The translations under genes were made by a program, and so were the position numbers. Positions 29,874 through 47,089 of a DNA stretch of 64,000 nucleotides are shown here, piece by piece; the stretch's first letter is position 1; each line of letters opens with the position of its first letter. The stretch comes from an uncultured Nitrospiraceae bacterium (lineage in GTDB: Bacteria; Nitrospirota; Nitrospiria; Nitrospirales; Nitrospiraceae): contig CAVSTP010000003.1 of assembly GCA_963730935.1 (NCBI GenBank), positions 448,001 through 512,000 of the forward strand, written 5' to 3'. The notes beneath the pieces are model-generated. The model was not told the DNA's origin, made no database searches, and saw nothing but the letters and a program-made list of their open reading frames with translations.

Positions 29874-29908
29874 GCGTCGAGCCCGCGGTCTAGACAAGAG
29901 GGGATGAG

Positions 29909-30844
29909 ATGAAGAAGGAAGAGAAAGCCACAGCGGTTGCGGAACTGACGGAAAAGTTCGGTCGTGCGCGATTGGCCATCGTCACCGAATGTGTGGGCCT
30001 CCCGGTCAACCACGTCACGGAACTGCGCAAGCAGCTACGAGGAGCCAAGGCCGAATACAAGGTCGTCAAGAATACACTGGCGATCCGAGCGGCCGAGGGC
30101 ACGACCGTGGCCGAGTTGAAGGCATATCTGAAAGGGCCCACGGGCGTCGTCATCGGGTACGACGATCCGGTGTTGCCGACCAAGATCCTCAAGGACTTCA
30201 TCGCCGCCGAAAAGCGCGAAGAAAAGATTCGGATCATGCTCGGGGTCCTCGAGGGCAAGGTCCTACAGCCGGCGGAATTGGCGGCCGTCGCCAAGCTTCC
30301 CAAGAAGGAAGTGTTGATCTCGATGCTGTTGTCGGCGATGCAGGGGCCGATTCGCGGCGTCGTCTATACCTTGAACGCGGTGTTGACAAAGTTTGTGAGA
30401 GTCATTGCAGCCATTCAGGATAAACGGAAAGGAGAAGGGGACATGTCAGCTACAGCTACGAAGTTGTCACAGGAGGAGTTAATCAAGGCCATTGAGAGCA
30501 TGAGCGTGCTGGATTTGGCCGAGTTGGTGAAGGGGTTGGAGAGCCGTTTCGGAGTTACGGCCGCCGCTCCCGTCGCCATGGCGGCGGCGCCTGCCGCCGG
30601 TGGAGCCGCTGCTGCTCCGGCCGAAGAGAAGACGGCATTCGACGTCATTCTCGCCTCTGCCCCGGCCGACAAGAAGATTCAGGTCATTAAGGTGGTTCGT
30701 GAACTCACGAGCCTCGGACTCAAGGAAGCCAAAGATCTGGTCGAGGGCGCTCCGAAGCCCGTCAAGACGGGCGCGACCAAGGAAGAGTCCGATGCCATGA
30801 AGAAGAAGCTCGAAGAGAGCGGCGCAAAGGTCGAGATTAAGTAA
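29909..30844 (+). CDS. rplJ: Fused 50S ribosomal proteins L10-L7/L12 (uL10 is residues 1-178; no stop codon before bL12)
   Basis: uL10 motifs (LRKQLR...[20 protein letters not shown]) run in frame into bL12. Confidence 0.93.
   Translation: MKKEEKATAVAELTEKFGRARLAIVTECVGLPVNHVTELRKQLRGAKAEYKVVKNTLAIRAAEGTTVAELKAYLKGPTGVVIGYDDPVLPTKILKDFIAAEKREEKIRIMLGVLEGKVLQPAELAAVAKLPKKEVLISMLLSAMQGPIRGVVYTLNAVLTKFVRVIAAIQDKRKGEGDMSATATKLSQEELIKAIESMSVLDLAELVKGLESRFGVTAAAPVAMAAAPAAGGAAAAPAEEKTAFDVILASAPADKKIQVIKVVRELTSLGLKEAKDLVEGAPKPVKTGATKEESDAMKKKLEESGAKVEIK
30443..30844 (+). CDS. rplL: 50S ribosomal protein L7/L12, internal in-frame start inside the fused ORF
   Basis: [66 protein letters not shown] directly upstream of ATG 30443. 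Confidence 0.9.
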   Translation: MSATATKLSQEELIKAIESMSVLDLAELVKGLESRFGVTAAAPVAMAAAPAAGGAAAAPAEEKTAFDVILASAPADKKIQVIKVVRELTSLGLKEAKDLVEGAPKPVKTGATKEESDAMKKKLEESGAKVEIK

Positions 30845-30867
30845 GCTCGGTCCCGTTCAGCATCTGC

Positions 30868-30892
30868 GGGCACCCGTGACGAACGGGTGCCC
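30868..30892 (+). terminator. GC-rich hairpin between rplL and rpoB (attenuator or processing candidate, no U tract)
   Basis: GGGCACCCGT-GACGA-ACGGGTGCCC perfect 10-bp stem. Confidence 0.5.
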
Positions 30893-30924
30893 AAGCCCAA
30901 CCATATGTAGTGGAGGACTGCGGA

Positions 30925-33900
30925 ATGCCCGAAACGACTCTACAAGAGTTCGTCGAACGGAAGGATTTTTCCCGTATTCGGACCAGCATTGATATTCCGG
31001 ATCTCATCGAGATCCAGAAGCGTTCCTACGAGGAATTCCTCCAGTTCGAAGTCGAGCCGGAACGACGAAAAGATCACGGATTGCAGGCGGCCTTGGCCAG
31101 CGTGTTTCCGATTCCCGATTACAACAATACGGCGATTCTCGAATTCACGAGCTACACGCTTGGAACGCCCAAGTACGACGAGCGTGAATGCCTCGAGCAA
31201 GGTATGACCTTCGCCGTGCCGCTCAAGTTGCGCGTGCGGCTCGTGGTCTTCGACAAGGAAGACAAGGGCCCGAAGAAAAAGGTGCTCGACGTGCGCGAGC
31301 AGGAGGTCTATGTCGGCGAACTGCCCCTGATGACCGAACGCGGCACGTTCATCGTCAACGGAACCGAGCGCGTCGTGGTGAGTCAGTTGCACCGGTCGCC
31401 CGGCGCCTCCTTCACGCACGACAAAGGCCGCACCCATGCCAGCGGCAAGGTGCTGTACAGCGCCCGCATCATTCCGTACCGCGGGTCATGGCTGGATTTC
31501 GAGTTTGATGCGCGCGACATCCTGTACGTCCGCATCGACCGCCGGCGAAAGATGCCTGTGACTATTCTGCTCAAGGCCTTCGGATTTTCGAGCGACGACC
31601 TGCTGAAAATGTACTACCCAGTTGAGGAGATCCGGGTGGTCAAGGGCAAGCTGTTGCGCAAGCTGGATCCCGAGATCCATCAGGGGATGCGGGCTTCGAC
31701 GGAAGTTGTGGACAAGAGCGGCAAAGAACCGCTCGTGCGGGAAGGCGCCAAGCTGACGAAGGGCATTATCGCCAAACTCAAGGCGGCGGGGGTCAAAGAG
31801 ATTCCTGTGGCGCCCAGCGAGTTGGTCGGACGAGCGGTGTTGAGCGAAGTGGTCGATGCCAAGAAGAACAAGTTGGTGGAGAAAAATCAACGCCTGACCG
31901 CCGAGATGATCGAAAAGATCCTTGAAAGCGAAATCGAAGAATTCAAAGTCATCTTCTTTGACGGGGCAACTTCGACGCCTGTCATTCTCGACACGCTCGA
32001 GATGGAACGGACGGTGTCGAAAGAAGAGGCAATGGTGGAGATCTACCGGCGTCTGCGCCCGGGAGAGACGCCGTCGGTCGAAACTGCCCGGGCGCTCTTC
32101 GACAATTTGTTCTTGAACTCCAAGCGCTATGACCTTTCTCCGGTCGGGCGATTGAAGCTTAACAAGAAACTGCTTTTGGATTTTCCCTTGGAGCAACGAA
32201 CGCTCACGTCCCAGGACATTGTCGAAGTCATTCGCTACCTCGTCAATCTCAAGATGGGGAAAGGCGAAATCGACGACATTGACCACTTGGGAAATCGCCG
32301 GGTCCGATCCGTCGGAGAACTGCTGGAAAACCAGTTCCGGCTTGGTCTCGTTCGCATGGAGCGTAGCATCAAGGAACGGATGAATCTTCTCGACATGGAG
32401 ACGGTGCTGCCGCACGACTTGATCAATGCGAAGCCGGTCGTGGCAGCTGTCAAAGAGTTCTTCAGCAGCAGCCAGTTGTCGCAGTTCATGGATCAGACGA
32501 ATCCGCTGGCCGAGATCACCCATAAGCGGCGGTTGTCGGCCCTGGGTCCTGGTGGATTGACGAGAGAACGGGCGGGATTCGAAGTGCGTGACGTGCATCC
32601 TTCCCACTATAGCCGGATCTGTCCGATTGAAACGCCGGAAGGTCCGAATATCGGATTAATTACGTCTCTGGCGACGTATGCCCGGATCAACGAGTTCGGA
32701 TTTATCGAAGCGCCGTACCGGCGTGTCGAGAAAGGCCGGGTGACCGATCAGATCGAATTTCTTTCCGCGATCGAAGGTGACAAGTTCTTGATCGCTCAAG
32801 CCAACTCCAAGCTGGATGGCTCGGGGCGATTGGTGTCTGAAACGGTGTCGGCGAGGTCTGGCGGCGACTTTGTCACCATTACGCCGGATCGGGTCGAATA
32901 TATGGATGTCTCGCCAAAGCAGGTCGTTAGCGTCGCTACGGCCCTTGTGCCGTTCCTAGAACACGACGATGCGAACCGTGCGTTGATGGGATCGAATATG
33001 CAGCGCCAGGCGGTGCCTCTCCTCAAGTCCGAAGCGCCGTTGGTTGGCACCGGTATGGAAGCGGTCGTCGCACGGGATTCCGGCTATGTGGTTCAGGCCC
33101 GCCGATCGGGCGTGGTCGAAAGCGTGGACGCCACACGGATCGTGGTGCGTTCCGATAGCAAAGAAGGGCGGAAGCGTAACGATACTGGCCTGGACGTATA
33201 CGATCTGATCAAGTTCCAACGGTCGAATCAGAACACCTGCATCACGCAAACTCCAGTCGTCCGCATCGGGCAGCCGGTGAAGAAGGGGCAGGTCCTTGCC
33301 GACGGGCCCGCGATCGATCAAGGGGAATTGGCGCTTGGCAAGAACGTCCTCGTGGCATTCATGCCCTGGGGCGGATACAACTTCGAAGACGCCATCCTCC
33401 TCAGTGAGAAATTGGTGCGCGAAGATGCGTTCACCTCCATCCACATCGAGGAATTCGAAGTGGAAGCGCGGGACACCAAACTCGGTAAGGAAGACATCAC
33501 CCGCGACATCCCCAACGTCGGCGAAGAGGCGCTACGCAATCTCGACGAGAGCGGCATCATTCGCATCGGCGCCGAGGTGAAGCCGGGCGACATTTTGGTC
33601 GGCAAGGTGACGCCGAAAGGCGAAACCCAGCTCACACCGGAAGAAAAGCTGCTGCGTGCGATCTTCGGCGAAAAGGCAGGCGACGTGAAAGACACGTCCC
33701 TGACGGTGCCGCCTGGTGTCGAAGGCATCGTCGTCGACGTCAAGATTTTTTCGCGCAAGGGGCTCGACAAGGATGAACGGTCCAAGAGCATTGAAAGCGA
33801 AGATACGATGCGGCTGCAGCGCGATCATCACGAAGAGCTGCGCATCATCGACGAGGAAAAGACCAAGAAAGTTCGGAAGCTCTTATTGGGCAAAGTCGTC

Positions 33901-34881
33901 GGACGGGATCTCATGGATCCGGAAAGCGGCGATGTCATTCTGAAGAAGAAGGGCAAGCTCACGGCAGAGATCCTGAAGCGCCTGTCGGATGAGTCGGTGC
34001 GCTATATCATCCTCAGCGATCCCGACGAACAAAAGGAATTGGAGGATGTGGAGCGCCGGGCGAAGGAACAGGTCGAAATTCTGCAGACGCTTTACGATGA
34101 GAAGGTCGGACGTCTCAAGCGTGGCGATGAATTGCCGCCGGGCGTAATCAAGCTCGTGAAAGTCTATATCTCGATGAAACGCAAGATCCAGGTCGGTGAC
34201 AAAATGGCCGGCCGCCACGGCAACAAGGGCGTCGTTTCCCGCGTGTTGCCGGAAGAGGACATGCCCTATCTGCCGGACGGCACTCCGGTGGAGATCGTGC
34301 TGAATCCCTTGGGCGTGCCCTCGCGTATGAACGTCGGACAGATCTTGGAAACGCATTTGGGCTGGGCCGCCAAGGCGCTCGGCATCAAAGTCGCCAGTCC
34401 GGTGTTCGACGGCGCTTCTGAAAAGGAAATCAAGGATCTGCTGAAAAAGGGCAAATTGCCCACCAGTGGGCAATCGGCTCTGATGGACGGCCGGACGGGT
34501 GAACCCTTCGGTAGTCCGGTGACGGTCGGATACATGTATGTGCTGAAACTGCACCATTTGGTGGATGACAAGATCCACGCACGTTCAATCGGCCCGTACT
34601 CGCTCGTGACTCAGCAGCCGCTGGGCGGAAAAGCCCAGTTCGGCGGGCAGCGGTTGGGCGAAATGGAAGTCTGGGCGCTGCAGGCGTACGGAGCCGCTTC
34701 CACCTTGCAAGAGTTCCTGACAGTGAAATCCGACGACGTCCCCGGCCGGTCACGGATGTATGAAGCGATCGTGAAAGGAGAGCCCTTCCTCGAGCCCGGG
34801 TTGCCCGAATCGTTCAACGTCTTGGTGAAGGAACTGCAAAGCTTAGGATTGGACGTAGAGTTGGTCAAGTCGCAGGACTAA
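30925..34881 (+). CDS. rpoB: DNA-directed RNA polymerase subunit beta
   Basis: [38 protein letters not shown]. Confidence 0.99.
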   Translation: MPETTLQEFVERKDFSRIRTSIDIPDLIEIQKRSYEEFLQFEVEPERRKDHGLQAALASVFPIPDYNNTAILEFTSYTLGTPKYDERECLEQGMTFAVPLKLRVRLVVFDKEDKGPKKKVLDVREQEVYVGELPLMTERGTFIVNGTERVVVSQLHRSPGASFTHDKGRTHASGKVLYSARIIPYRGSWLDFEFDARDILYVRIDRRRKMPVTILLKAFGFSSDDLLKMYYPVEEIRVVKGKLLRKLDPEIHQGMRASTEVVDKSGKEPLVREGAKLTKGIIAKLKAAGVKEIPVAPSELVGRAVLSEVVDAKKNKLVEKNQRLTAEMIEKILESEIEEFKVIFFDGATSTPVILDTLEMERTVSKEEAMVEIYRRLRPGETPSVETARALFDNLFLNSKRYDLSPVGRLKLNKKLLLDFPLEQRTLTSQDIVEVIRYLVNLKMGKGEIDDIDHLGNRRVRSVGELLENQFRLGLVRMERSIKERMNLLDMETVLPHDLINAKPVVAAVKEFFSSSQLSQFMDQTNPLAEITHKRRLSALGPGGLTRERAGFEVRDVHPSHYSRICPIETPEGPNIGLITSLATYARINEFGFIEAPYRRVEKGRVTDQIEFLSAIEGDKFLIAQANSKLDGSGRLVSETVSARSGGDFVTITPDRVEYMDVSPKQVVSVATALVPFLEHDDANRALMGSNMQRQAVPLLKSEAPLVGTGMEAVVARDSGYVVQARRSGVVESVDATRIVVRSDSKEGRKRNDTGLDVYDLIKFQRSNQNTCITQTPVVRIGQPVKKGQVLADGPAIDQGELALGKNVLVAFMPWGGYNFEDAILLSEKLVREDAFTSIHIEEFEVEARDTKLGKEDITRDIPNVGEEALRNLDESGIIRIGAEVKPGDILVGKVTPKGETQLTPEEKLLRAIFGEKAGDVKDTSLTVPPGVEGIVVDVKIFSRKGLDKDERSKSIESEDTMRLQRDHHEELRIIDEEKTKKVRKLLLGKVVGRDLMDPESGDVILKKKGKLTAEILKRLSDESVRYIILSDPDEQKELEDVERRAKEQVEILQTLYDEKVGRLKRGDELPPGVIKLVKVYISMKRKIQVGDKMAGRHGNKGVVSRVLPEEDMPYLPDGTPVEIVLNPLGVPSRMNVGQILETHLGWAAKALGIKVASPVFDGASEKEIKDLLKKGKLPTSGQSALMDGRTGEPFGSPVTVGYMYVLKLHHLVDDKIHARSIGPYSLVTQQPLGGKAQFGGQRLGEMEVWALQAYGAASTLQEFLTVKSDDVPGRSRMYEAIVKGEPFLEPGLPESFNVLVKELQSLGLDVELVKSQD

Positions 34882-34924
34882 CCACTTGAGCCGGCATTGG
34901 CCGGCATCAGAGGAGGTCACTACT

Positions 34925-39106
<4,182 letters not shown>

Positions 39107-39125
39107 CCGAAGCGCTTTCCCTAGC

Positions 39126-39154
39126 TTGACAGGGCCCGCGGGCATCATTATAAT
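39126..39154 (+). promoter_or_regulatory. Consensus sigma-70 promoter of the str operon
   Basis: TTGACA-17 bp-TATAAT followed by GC-rich discriminator CCGCGGGC. Confidence 0.88.
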
Positions 39155-39219
39155 CCGCGGGCTTTGCCCTTGATGGGCCCCTCAGACCACCGGGTTTTGA
39201 GCCGAAAGAAAGATTCACG

Positions 39220-39591
39220 ATGCCAACGATCAATCAGTTAGTGAGAAAGGGCCGCCAGCTGGCCCATGCCAAGACGAAAAGTCCGGCGTTGAAGTCCTGT
39301 CCGCAAAAGCGAGGCGTCTGTCTGCGTGTCTACACCTCGACGCCGAAGAAACCGAATTCCGCGCTTCGAAAGGTTGCGCGTGTGCGCTTGACGAACGGGA
39401 TGGAAGTCACCACCTATATTCCGGGCGTCGGGCACAACTTACAGGAGCATTCGATCGTGCTGGTGCGCGGCGGTCGTGTCAAAGACCTGCCCGGCGTGCG
39501 CTATCACATCGTGCGCGGGGCGCTCGACGCCGTCGGGGTCGCTGACCGCAAGCAAGGCCGCTCGAAATACGGCGCGAAACGTCCGAAGTAG
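39220..39591 (+). CDS. rpsL: 30S ribosomal protein S12
   Basis: [24 protein letters not shown]. Confidence 0.99.
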   Translation: MPTINQLVRKGRQLAHAKTKSPALKSCPQKRGVCLRVYTSTPKKPNSALRKVARVRLTNGMEVTTYIPGVGHNLQEHSIVLVRGGRVKDLPGVRYHIVRGALDAVGVADRKQGRSKYGAKRPK

Positions 39592-39629
39592 TTCTTACGA
39601 TCATCCAGCACTCGAGAAAGTAATCGACC

Positions 39630-40100
39630 ATGCCACGAAGCAGATTTTTAGGACAGAGAGAACCCCTTCCGGATGTACGGTTCCGCGACAAGGTCGTTGG
39701 AAAATTTCTCAACATCCTGATGGAAGGCGGTAAGAAAAGCACAGCGGAGCGGATTTGTTACGGTGCCTTCGACGTCATCCAGGAAAAGACAGGCGGAGAC
39801 CCACTCAAAGTTTTTAAATCGGCGATCGACAACGTGAAGCCCATTGTCGAAGTGAAATCCCGCCGGGTCGGCGGCGCCTCCTATCAGGTGCCGGTCGAAA
39901 TTCGTCCGGCGCGCCGAATGTCTCTCGCCCTTCGGTGGCTGTCGGAATATGCCAGGACGCGCGGCGGCAAGAGCATGCGGGAAAAGCTCGCGGCAGAGTT
40001 GTTGGACGCGTCGAATAACACAGGGGCCGCGGTCAAGAAACGGGAAGACGTGCATCGGATGGCGGAGGCGAACAAGGCCTTCGCGCACTATCGCTGGTAA
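39630..40100 (+). CDS. rpsG: 30S ribosomal protein S7
   Basis: [27 protein letters not shown]. Confidence 0.99.
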   Translation: MPRSRFLGQREPLPDVRFRDKVVGKFLNILMEGGKKSTAERICYGAFDVIQEKTGGDPLKVFKSAIDNVKPIVEVKSRRVGGASYQVPVEIRPARRMSLALRWLSEYARTRGGKSMREKLAAELLDASNNTGAAVKKREDVHRMAEANKAFAHYRW

Positions 40101-40210
40101 CGTCGTTTCGTGCTGCAGTTGGGCCGTGCTGCGATCCGCAGACGCGGGTGCCCCTGAATCGCAGCGGTAGTCGGCTCATCCTGCAGCACGTGTGTTTTTA
40201 AAGGGATACC

Positions 40211-42292
40211 ATGGCAAGGCAAGCACCATTAGATCGAACCAGAAATATCGGCATCATGGCGCACATCGATGCCGGGAAGACGACGACGACGGAGCGCATC
40301 CTCTATTACACCGGCATGACGCACAAGATGGGCGAGGTGCACGAGGGTGCGGCCACGATGGACTGGATGGAGCAGGAGAGGGAACGCGGTATTACGATCA
40401 CGGCTGCAGCGACGACGTGCTTCTGGAGGGATCATCGCATCAATATCATCGATACGCCGGGACACGTTGATTTCACCATTGAAGTGGAACGGTCGTTGCG
40501 CGTCCTTGACGGCGCCGTGGCCGTGTTCGACTCAGTGCAAGGCGTGGAGCCGCAATCAGAAACGGTCTGGCGGCAGGCAGACAAGTATCAGGTCCCCCGC
40601 ATCGCCTTCATGAACAAGATGGATCGGGTCGGCGCCGACTTCTATTTCAGCGTTCAGACCATCATTGATCGATTAGGCGCGAACCCGGTGCCCATACAGA
40701 TTCCAATCGGACGCGAGTCGGAATACCGCGGCTCGATCGATCTGATCACGATGAAGGCCTACGTCTACGACGATGAAACTCTTGGTGCCAAATACAAAGT
40801 CGAAGAGATTCCAGCTGACTTGGTGGATAAAGCCAAAGAGTACCGTGAAAAAATGTTGGAAGCGGTGGCAGAGTTCGACGATCATGTGATGGAAAAATAT
40901 CTCAACGGTCAATCGTTGACCGAGGAAGAGATTCGGCGGGTCGTGCGGGCCGGCGCCATCACCCTGAAGGTCACTCCCGTGCTGTGCGGATCGGCGTTCA
41001 AAAATAAGGGCGTGCAGCAGCTGTTGGACGGCGTCGTGGACTTCCTGCCGTCTCCCGTGGATATCCCTGCGGTGAAGGGCCTCGATCCGAACACCGGCAA
41101 GGAAGTCGAACGGAAGCCGTCCGATACCGAGCCGTTTTCTGCGCTCGCCTTCAAGATCATGTCCGATCCGTTTGCAGGTCAGTTGACCTATTTCCGTGTG
41201 TATTCCGGGACACTGAAGACCGGAACGCCGGTGCTGAACGTGACCAAGGGGACGAAAGACCGCATCGGCCGCCTGTTGAAAATGCACGCCAACAAGCGCG
41301 AGGAAATCGATGCCGCGCATGCCGGCGACATCGTCGCTGCCGTGGGGTTGAAGGGCGCCACGACCGGCGACACGCTCGCAGACGAAAAGCAGCCTGTGCT
41401 GCTCGAAGTGATGAAATTTCCCGAGCCGGTCATCGCGATGGCCATCGAACCCAAGACGAAGCCAGATCAGGAGAAGATGGGTTTTGCTCTTCAGAAGCTT
41501 GCCCAGGAAGATCCGTCGTTCCGCGTGCGTACCGACGAAGAAACAGCGCAGACAATTATTGCCGGGATGGGCGAGTTGCACCTGGAAATCATCGTCGATC
41601 GCCTGCTGCGGGAATTCAAGGTCGAAGCCAATGTCGGAAAGCCGGAGGTGGCGTTCAGGGAGACGATCCGCCGCAAGGCCGAAGCCGAATCCAAGTACAT
41701 CAAGCAGACCGGCGGCCGCGGTCAGTATGGTCACGTCGTGCTCACCGTCGAGCCATCCGAATCAGGCAAGGGGTTGGAATTTGTCAACAAGGTCGTCGGC
41801 GGAGCGATCCCCAAAGAATACATCCCAGCGATCGAGAAGGGCGTGAAGGAACGCATGGAAAACGGCGTGATCGCCGGCTATCCGTTACGCGACATCAAGG
41901 TGACCGTCATCGACGGGTCCTATCACGAAGTCGACTCCAACGAAATGGCGTTCAAAATCGCCGGCTCGATGGGATTTTCGGACGCCTGTAAGAAGGCGGA
42001 CGCCGTGCTACTGGAACCCATCATGAAGGTCGAGGTGCTCGTTCCACAGGAGTTCATGGGCGACGTCATCGGCAACTTGAATGGCCGCCGCGGCAAGGTT
42101 CAAGGCATGAAGGTCCGGGCCGGCGCCCAGGCGATCGAAGCGTCGGTGCCGCTCATGGAAATGTTCGGCTACGCGACGGACCTTCGTTCTCGCACGCAGG
42201 GCCGGGCGACCTACAGCATGGAGTTCGATCGATACGATCAGGTTCCCAAGCAGATATCCGAAGCGATCATCGCCAAATATCGTGGCGAATGA
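40211..42292 (+). CDS. fusA: Elongation factor G
   Basis: [23 protein letters not shown]. Confidence 0.99.
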   Translation: MARQAPLDRTRNIGIMAHIDAGKTTTTERILYYTGMTHKMGEVHEGAATMDWMEQERERGITITAAATTCFWRDHRINIIDTPGHVDFTIEVERSLRVLDGAVAVFDSVQGVEPQSETVWRQADKYQVPRIAFMNKMDRVGADFYFSVQTIIDRLGANPVPIQIPIGRESEYRGSIDLITMKAYVYDDETLGAKYKVEEIPADLVDKAKEYREKMLEAVAEFDDHVMEKYLNGQSLTEEEIRRVVRAGAITLKVTPVLCGSAFKNKGVQQLLDGVVDFLPSPVDIPAVKGLDPNTGKEVERKPSDTEPFSALAFKIMSDPFAGQLTYFRVYSGTLKTGTPVLNVTKGTKDRIGRLLKMHANKREEIDAAHAGDIVAAVGLKGATTGDTLADEKQPVLLEVMKFPEPVIAMAIEPKTKPDQEKMGFALQKLAQEDPSFRVRTDEETAQTIIAGMGELHLEIIVDRLLREFKVEANVGKPEVAFRETIRRKAEAESKYIKQTGGRGQYGHVVLTVEPSESGKGLEFVNKVVGGAIPKEYIPAIEKGVKERMENGVIAGYPLRDIKVTVIDGSYHEVDSNEMAFKIAGSMGFSDACKKADAVLLEPIMKVEVLVPQEFMGDVIGNLNGRRGKVQGMKVRAGAQAIEASVPLMEMFGYATDLRSRTQGRATYSMEFDRYDQVPKQISEAIIAKYRGE

Positions 42293-42333
42293 CCGCTGAT
42301 CCGATGACCATCGATTTGAGAAGGAGCTGAGGC

Positions 42334-43539
<1,206 letters not shown>

Positions 43540-43564
43540 CCTACCAAGACGAATTGAGGATTGC

Positions 43565-43879
43565 ATGGTGAAGGTGGATCAACGAATTAGGATCAGGCTC
43601 CGCGGGTTCGATTACCGCGTGTTGGATCAGTCGGTGGCGGAAATCGTGGAAACGGTGCGTCGTAGCGGTGCGAAAATCGTGGGACCGATCCCCTTGCCGA
43701 CACGCATCGAGAAATTCACGGTTCAGCGCGCGACGCACGCCGATAAGAAGGCCCGCGAGCAATTTGAAATCCGGACGCACAAGCGCTTGATGGACATCAT
43801 GGAGCCGACGCCGGAAACCATGGATTCCCTCATGAAGCTGAACCTGGCCGCGGGCGTGGACGTCGAAATCAAGTTGTAA
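43565..43879 (+). CDS. rpsJ: 30S ribosomal protein S10
   Basis: [27 protein letters not shown]. Confidence 0.98.
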   Translation: MVKVDQRIRIRLRGFDYRVLDQSVAEIVETVRRSGAKIVGPIPLPTRIEKFTVQRATHADKKAREQFEIRTHKRLMDIMEPTPETMDSLMKLNLAAGVDVEIKL

Positions 43880-43939
43880 GTTTCGAGTCTAGACGACGGG
43901 TGTAACTTTTACGACTGAGAAGAGAGAGTCGGGAGAATT

Positions 43940-44560
43940 ATGACGAACGGGTTGCTCGGCAAGAAACTGGGCATGACGCAGATGCTGGACGAGACCCGGC
44001 TGACCCCGGTCACGGTCATCGAAGCCGGGCCATGCCGCGTCGTCATGGTGAAGACCAAAGAGCGCGACGGTTACGAAGCGGTTCAACTCGCGTTCGGACA
44101 GATCAAGGATCGGAAACTGTCCAAGGCACAACTGGGCCACTTAAAGAAGCATGAAGCGCCCGCCAGCCGGATCCTTCGAGAATTCAAGAAGGACGGCGAC
44201 GTTGCCGTCGGGCAGACGGTGAAGGCCGATATTTTCAAGAAGGGCGACTGGGTTGATGTGATCGGCGTGTCCAAGGGGAAGGGATTCCAAGGGGTCGTGC
44301 GAAGGCACCACTATGCGGGTGGACCCGAGTCTCACGGTTCCATGTTCCATCGCGCCCCGGGATCGATCGGCGCCAGCTCTTTTCCTTCTCGAGTCTGGAA
44401 AGGCAAGACCCTTCCGGGACATATGGGAGCGGAACGGGTGACGACACAGCGATTAAAAGTCATTGAGTCCAGGCCCGATGAAAACCTCTTGTTCCTGCGT
44501 GGAGCGGTTCCCGGCGCCGCGAATGGACTGCTCATCGTCAGAAAGTCGAAGAAGGGGTAG
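43940..44560 (+). CDS. rplC: 50S ribosomal protein L3
   Basis: [21 protein letters not shown]. Confidence 0.98.
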   Translation: MTNGLLGKKLGMTQMLDETRLTPVTVIEAGPCRVVMVKTKERDGYEAVQLAFGQIKDRKLSKAQLGHLKKHEAPASRILREFKKDGDVAVGQTVKADIFKKGDWVDVIGVSKGKGFQGVVRRHHYAGGPESHGSMFHRAPGSIGASSFPSRVWKGKTLPGHMGAERVTTQRLKVIESRPDENLLFLRGAVPGAANGLLIVRKSKKG

Positions 44561-44562
44561 GC

Positions 44563-45186
44563 ATGCCGACCGTAGATGTGGTCGATCTGAACAGACGGAA
44601 AGTCGGGTCCGTGGAACTTCCCGCAGAAGTGTTCGGCTGCAAGCCGCACGCGACGCTCGTTCACGAGGCGGTGGTCATGCAGCAGGCCTGTGAACGGCAG
44701 GGTACGGCATCGACGCTTCGGCGAGGCGAGGTACGCGGATCCGGGAAGAAGCCCTGGAAGCAGAAGCACACGGGACGGGCTCGCGCCGGTTCTGTTCGGT
44801 CGCCGGTATGGCGCCATGGCGGGTCGGTGTTCGGCCCGAAGCCGAGGAGCTATGCCTTCAGTATGCCGAAGAAGAAATATCGGGCTGCGCTGCAAAGTGC
44901 CTTGTCAGCGAAAGTGACCGACGGGCAGTTGTTCGTCGTCTCAACTCTGTCCCTCGAACAGCCCAAGACCAAGGTGCTTGCCAAGGCCTTGGCGCAGTTC
45001 GCCTCGGGGACACAGATTCTGGTCATCGCCGGTGACGGCCAGGAAGGCTTGACGCAGGCCGCGCGGAATTTGACGAAGGTCAATGTCGTGACGCCTGATC
45101 GGCTCAACGTCTACGACATCGTGCGCGCTGGCACGATCGTGATTCCCGAGCGGGAACTGCCGCGGGTCAAGGAGGTCTGGGCATGA
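44563..45186 (+). CDS. rplD: 50S ribosomal protein L4
   Basis: KKPWKQKHTGRARAGS. Confidence 0.98.
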   Translation: MPTVDVVDLNRRKVGSVELPAEVFGCKPHATLVHEAVVMQQACERQGTASTLRRGEVRGSGKKPWKQKHTGRARAGSVRSPVWRHGGSVFGPKPRSYAFSMPKKKYRAALQSALSAKVTDGQLFVVSTLSLEQPKTKVLAKALAQFASGTQILVIAGDGQEGLTQAARNLTKVNVVTPDRLNVYDIVRAGTIVIPERELPRVKEVWA

Positions 45187-45476
45187 AAGTCGATCTCCAC
45201 AGCGTGCTCATTCAGCCGTTGTTGACGGAAAAAGTCACCGCCCTCCGCGAAAGCAGCAACACGGTCGGCTTTCTGGTCCATCCGGATGCGAATCGCCTCC
45301 AGATCAAGCAGGCAGTCGAGACGCTCTTAAAAGTCAAGGTCGAGCGCGTCAATGTCCTGAACGTGCAGGGCAAGATCAAGCGCCTGGGCCGGTTTTCGGG
45401 AAAGCGCTCCGATTGGAAGAAGGCCTTTGTGAAGTTGAAGGAAGGCGAGAAACTCGAGTTGTACGAAAGCGCATAA
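45183..45476 (+). CDS. rplW: 50S ribosomal protein L23
   Basis: PLLTEK, WKKAFVKL. Confidence 0.97.
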   Translation: MKVDLHSVLIQPLLTEKVTALRESSNTVGFLVHPDANRLQIKQAVETLLKVKVERVNVLNVQGKIKRLGRFSGKRSDWKKAFVKLKEGEKLELYESA

Positions 45477-45506
45477 CCAGGTAGAGCGAGACAATAAGGA
45501 CAACGT

Positions 45507-46349
45507 ATGGGACTGAAAGCGTATAAGCCGACGACGTCGGGCCGCCGAGGCATGACGATCGTCACGACGGACGAATTGACGAAGAAGCGACCTGAAAAGG
45601 GATTGACGTCGTTTCACCTCCGGACGGGTGGGCGCAACAACGACGGACGGACCACGGTCCGTTACCGTGGAGCGGGCCATCGCCGGCTCTACCGGACGAT
45701 CGACTTCCGCCGCGATAAGGTGGGAATTTCCGCCAAGGTCACCGCGCTTGAGTACGATCCCAACCGCTCAGCCCGCATCGCACTGCTGAACTACAAAGAT
45801 GGCGAGAAGCGGTACATTCTCGCGCCGATTGGTTTGCAGATCGGCGACGTTTTGCAATCCGGCTCGGACGCAGAGGTGCGCACAGGCAATGCATTGCCGC
45901 TCTCGAACATGCCGCTGGGTACCACAATTCATAATATTGAATTGAAGCCCGGCAAGGGTGGCCAACTCATCCGTAGCGCCGGCGGGTTTGCCCAGGTCAT
46001 GGGCCGGGACGGCGATTATGTGCAGGTGCGGCTGAAGTCGGGGGAAATGCGACGCATTTTGGCGTCATGCATGGCGACGGTCGGCCAGGTCGGCAATCTG
46101 GACCACGAGAACATCAATGTCGGCAAAGCAGGACGCAACCGATGGCTGGGCCGTCGCCCGCACGTACGCGGGGTCGTCATGAATCCGGTCGACCATCCGC
46201 ATGGCGGTGGTGAAGGCAAATCGGGTCAGGGCAATCCCCATCCCGTGTCGCCTTGGGGTCTCCCGACGAAGGGCTATAAGACCAGGCAGAACAAGAAGAC
46301 GGACAAGTACATCATCGCTCGCCGCAAGTCAGGAGTGCGCAATGCCTAG
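45507..46349 (+). CDS. rplB: 50S ribosomal protein L2
   Basis: [25 protein letters not shown]. Confidence 0.99.
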   Translation: MGLKAYKPTTSGRRGMTIVTTDELTKKRPEKGLTSFHLRTGGRNNDGRTTVRYRGAGHRRLYRTIDFRRDKVGISAKVTALEYDPNRSARIALLNYKDGEKRYILAPIGLQIGDVLQSGSDAEVRTGNALPLSNMPLGTTIHNIELKPGKGGQLIRSAGGFAQVMGRDGDYVQVRLKSGEMRRILASCMATVGQVGNLDHENINVGKAGRNRWLGRRPHVRGVVMNPVDHPHGGGEGKSGQGNPHPVSPWGLPTKGYKTRQNKKTDKYIIARRKSGVRNA

Positions 46350-46629
46350 ATCGATCAGTAAAGGCGCCTTTGTCGACGATCATCTGCTGAAAAAGGTTGA
46401 GCAGATGAATCACACGAAAGACCGGAAAATCATCAAGACGTGGTCGAGGCGATCGACCGTCGTGCCCGACATGATCGGGCATACGTTCGCCGTTCATAAC
46501 GGCAAGAAGTTCATCCCCGTGTTCGTCACCGAGAACATGGTCGGTCATAAATTGGGCGAGTTCGCTCCGACTAGATTCTTCAAGGGCCACGGGCAGGCGA
46601 AGACCGAGAAAGCCGTAGCGTTGAAATAG
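46342..46629 (+). CDS. rpsS: 30S ribosomal protein S19
   Basis: [22 protein letters not shown]. Confidence 0.98.
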   Translation: MPRSISKGAFVDDHLLKKVEQMNHTKDRKIIKTWSRRSTVVPDMIGHTFAVHNGKKFIPVFVTENMVGHKLGEFAPTRFFKGHGQAKTEKAVALK

Positions 46630-46679
46630 GGGGACCAGGCGTCACTCGCCAGAAGCGGCGACATGACGGGAGTGCAACA

Positions 46680-47039
46680 ATGGCAGAAGCGAGAGCCGTA
46701 TTGAGATTTGTTCGGGTCGCACCGCGGAAGGCCCGGCCGGTGGTCGACATGATTCGCGGGCAGGAAGTGCCGATGGCCTTGGCCATGCTCAAGCATCTTC
46801 CTCGTCACGCCGCACGCGTGATCGAGAAAGTGCTGCGGTCGGCCGTCGCCAACGCCGAGCAGAAGGAATTGGGAGATAGCGAGTCGATGCGGGTCTCGAA
46901 GGCCTTCGTCAACTGCGGCCCGATCTATAAGCGCTTCCGCGCCCGGTCGATGGGGCGGGCCAACGCCATTCAGAAACGGACCAGCCACATCACCGTCGTG
47001 GTTGAAGCGCGGGGCGTGCAGGAGAAATCACGAGCCTGA
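46680..47039 (+). CDS. rplV: 50S ribosomal protein L22
   Basis: APRKAR.VVDMIRG, IQKRTSHITVVV. Confidence 0.98.
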   Translation: MAEARAVLRFVRVAPRKARPVVDMIRGQEVPMALAMLKHLPRHAARVIEKVLRSAVANAEQKELGDSESMRVSKAFVNCGPIYKRFRARSMGRANAIQKRTSHITVVVEARGVQEKSRA

Positions 47040-47089
47040 ATATTGCGCGGATCGGCAGACGGCCGCCGCAGAACTGAGGAACGAATCGT

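Noticed and set aside
30383..30412. TTGACA inside rplJ about 55 nt upstream of the internal bL12 start (possible internal promoter)
   Set aside because: No acceptable -10 hexamer at 16-18 bp spacing (TGCAGC/GCAGCC).
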